The notes under the pieces are model-generated. The model saw nothing but the letters and a program-made list of their open reading frames with translations, had not been told where the DNA came from and made no database searches. Made by a program: the position numbers and the translations under genes. A DNA stretch of 63,738 nucleotides, the filler included, from Octopus bimaculoides (taxonomy: Eukaryota), in NCBI RefSeq assembly GCF_001194135.2. It is 7 parts of 6 records of this genome, joined end to end, with 100 filler letters (N's around TTAATTAATTAA, not from the genome) between each part and the next. Parts side by side here need not be neighbours in the genome. Positions count along the whole stretch, not along the records: positions 62,341 to 63,738 come from NC_068995.1; 6 more parts are not named here. The stretch is one strand, 5' to 3'. Of the stretch, positions 63,057 through 63,738 are shown one piece after another. Every line of letters begins with the position of its first letter. Positions within the stretch are counted from its first letter, which is position 1.

Positions 63057-63591
63057 GTGTATATGCCACTAGGCATTCTTTGGCATTGGGAGTATCTTTG
63101 CTGAAAAGGTAACCATATTTGATGTCGCTTCAGCTCAGAACTAAATTTTCTCCCAAACTTTCATTCTTCCCAACCTTGCATTGACTTTACGTGCACAAAG
63201 ACGTCGCGTGACAAAATTCGTCCAATCGCTTCAACCAAAGGTTTAAAATAGAGGAAGTGAGCGAAGAGTTTGACAAGGAGAGGATCTAGCTGTGGAGAGC
63301 CCCGTTTGAAGATAAATAAAGAGCTACCGTCCAAAGCTATTCGGCTCTTCAACGAGTGAAGCTGATAATTGAAGCTAATCTTTTACACATTGTACCTCTG
63401 TATTTTCATACTCCAGTTCCCACATCCGTTAAGCTTATTGCAGAATACTTCTTTAATAGCCACTGCGACTTGCCTGAAGATTGCAGTGGTGTGAATCGTG
63501 GGTTGCGAGACAAGTCTCAGCTTAATTTTCAAGCAATCCTTTCCATTTCGTACTACGTGGAGCAATGTACTCATATATATATATATAATAT

Positions 63592-63708
63592 TATTAGGGA
63601 TAAAAACCCAAATTTACAGGTAAAAACTCAATTAAATTCAATTTATTAAAAATTGAAATTAAACTAAGTTTCACAGATGAGTTTATGAACCTTGGTTCTT
63701 TTCCCTAA
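63592..63708. repeat. Second copy of the AT-rich X/Y repeat, with TTAGGGA inverted ends
   Basis: Y (63592-63675) is the reverse complement of 10275-10358; X (63676-63708) is a direct match to 10219-10251. Confidence 0.8.
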
Positions 63709-63738
63709 ATGTATATATATATATATATACATATATAT

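Noticed and set aside
63460-63520. CTGAAGA with local hairpins (CCACTGC/GCAGTGG and GAGAC/GTCTC)
   Set aside because: GAGA replaces GAAA and stem I is not complementary, so it is not supportable as a hammerhead.

Overview
This is AT-rich eukaryotic genomic DNA from a gapped draft assembly. The SINE and RTE families and the extreme microsatellite load point to an octopus-type (coleoid cephalopod) genome; this is my inference from recalled repeat sequences, not a database match. I recognise no intact cellular gene. The recognisable content is almost all transposable-element debris: two full-length but dead DD34D mariners (10385-11669, 25228-26457), three further Tc1/mariner fragments, a Ty3/Gypsy gag with a candidate LTR, RTE, R4/Dong-like, HERO-like and Tx1/L1-like LINE fragments, and four tRNA-headed SINE types. 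The most unusual signals are structural. They include a degenerate minimal hammerhead-ribozyme motif (9701-9746, minus), a 90-bp near-perfect RTE fold-back at the element's own terminal palindrome, three palindromic MITE-like elements, a chimeric SINE with inverted ends, and an internally deleted mini-RTE. A weakly supported chain of minus-strand exons (37064 to 33377) may belong to a host gene. Most ORFs in the supplied track are microsatellite or N-gap artefacts.
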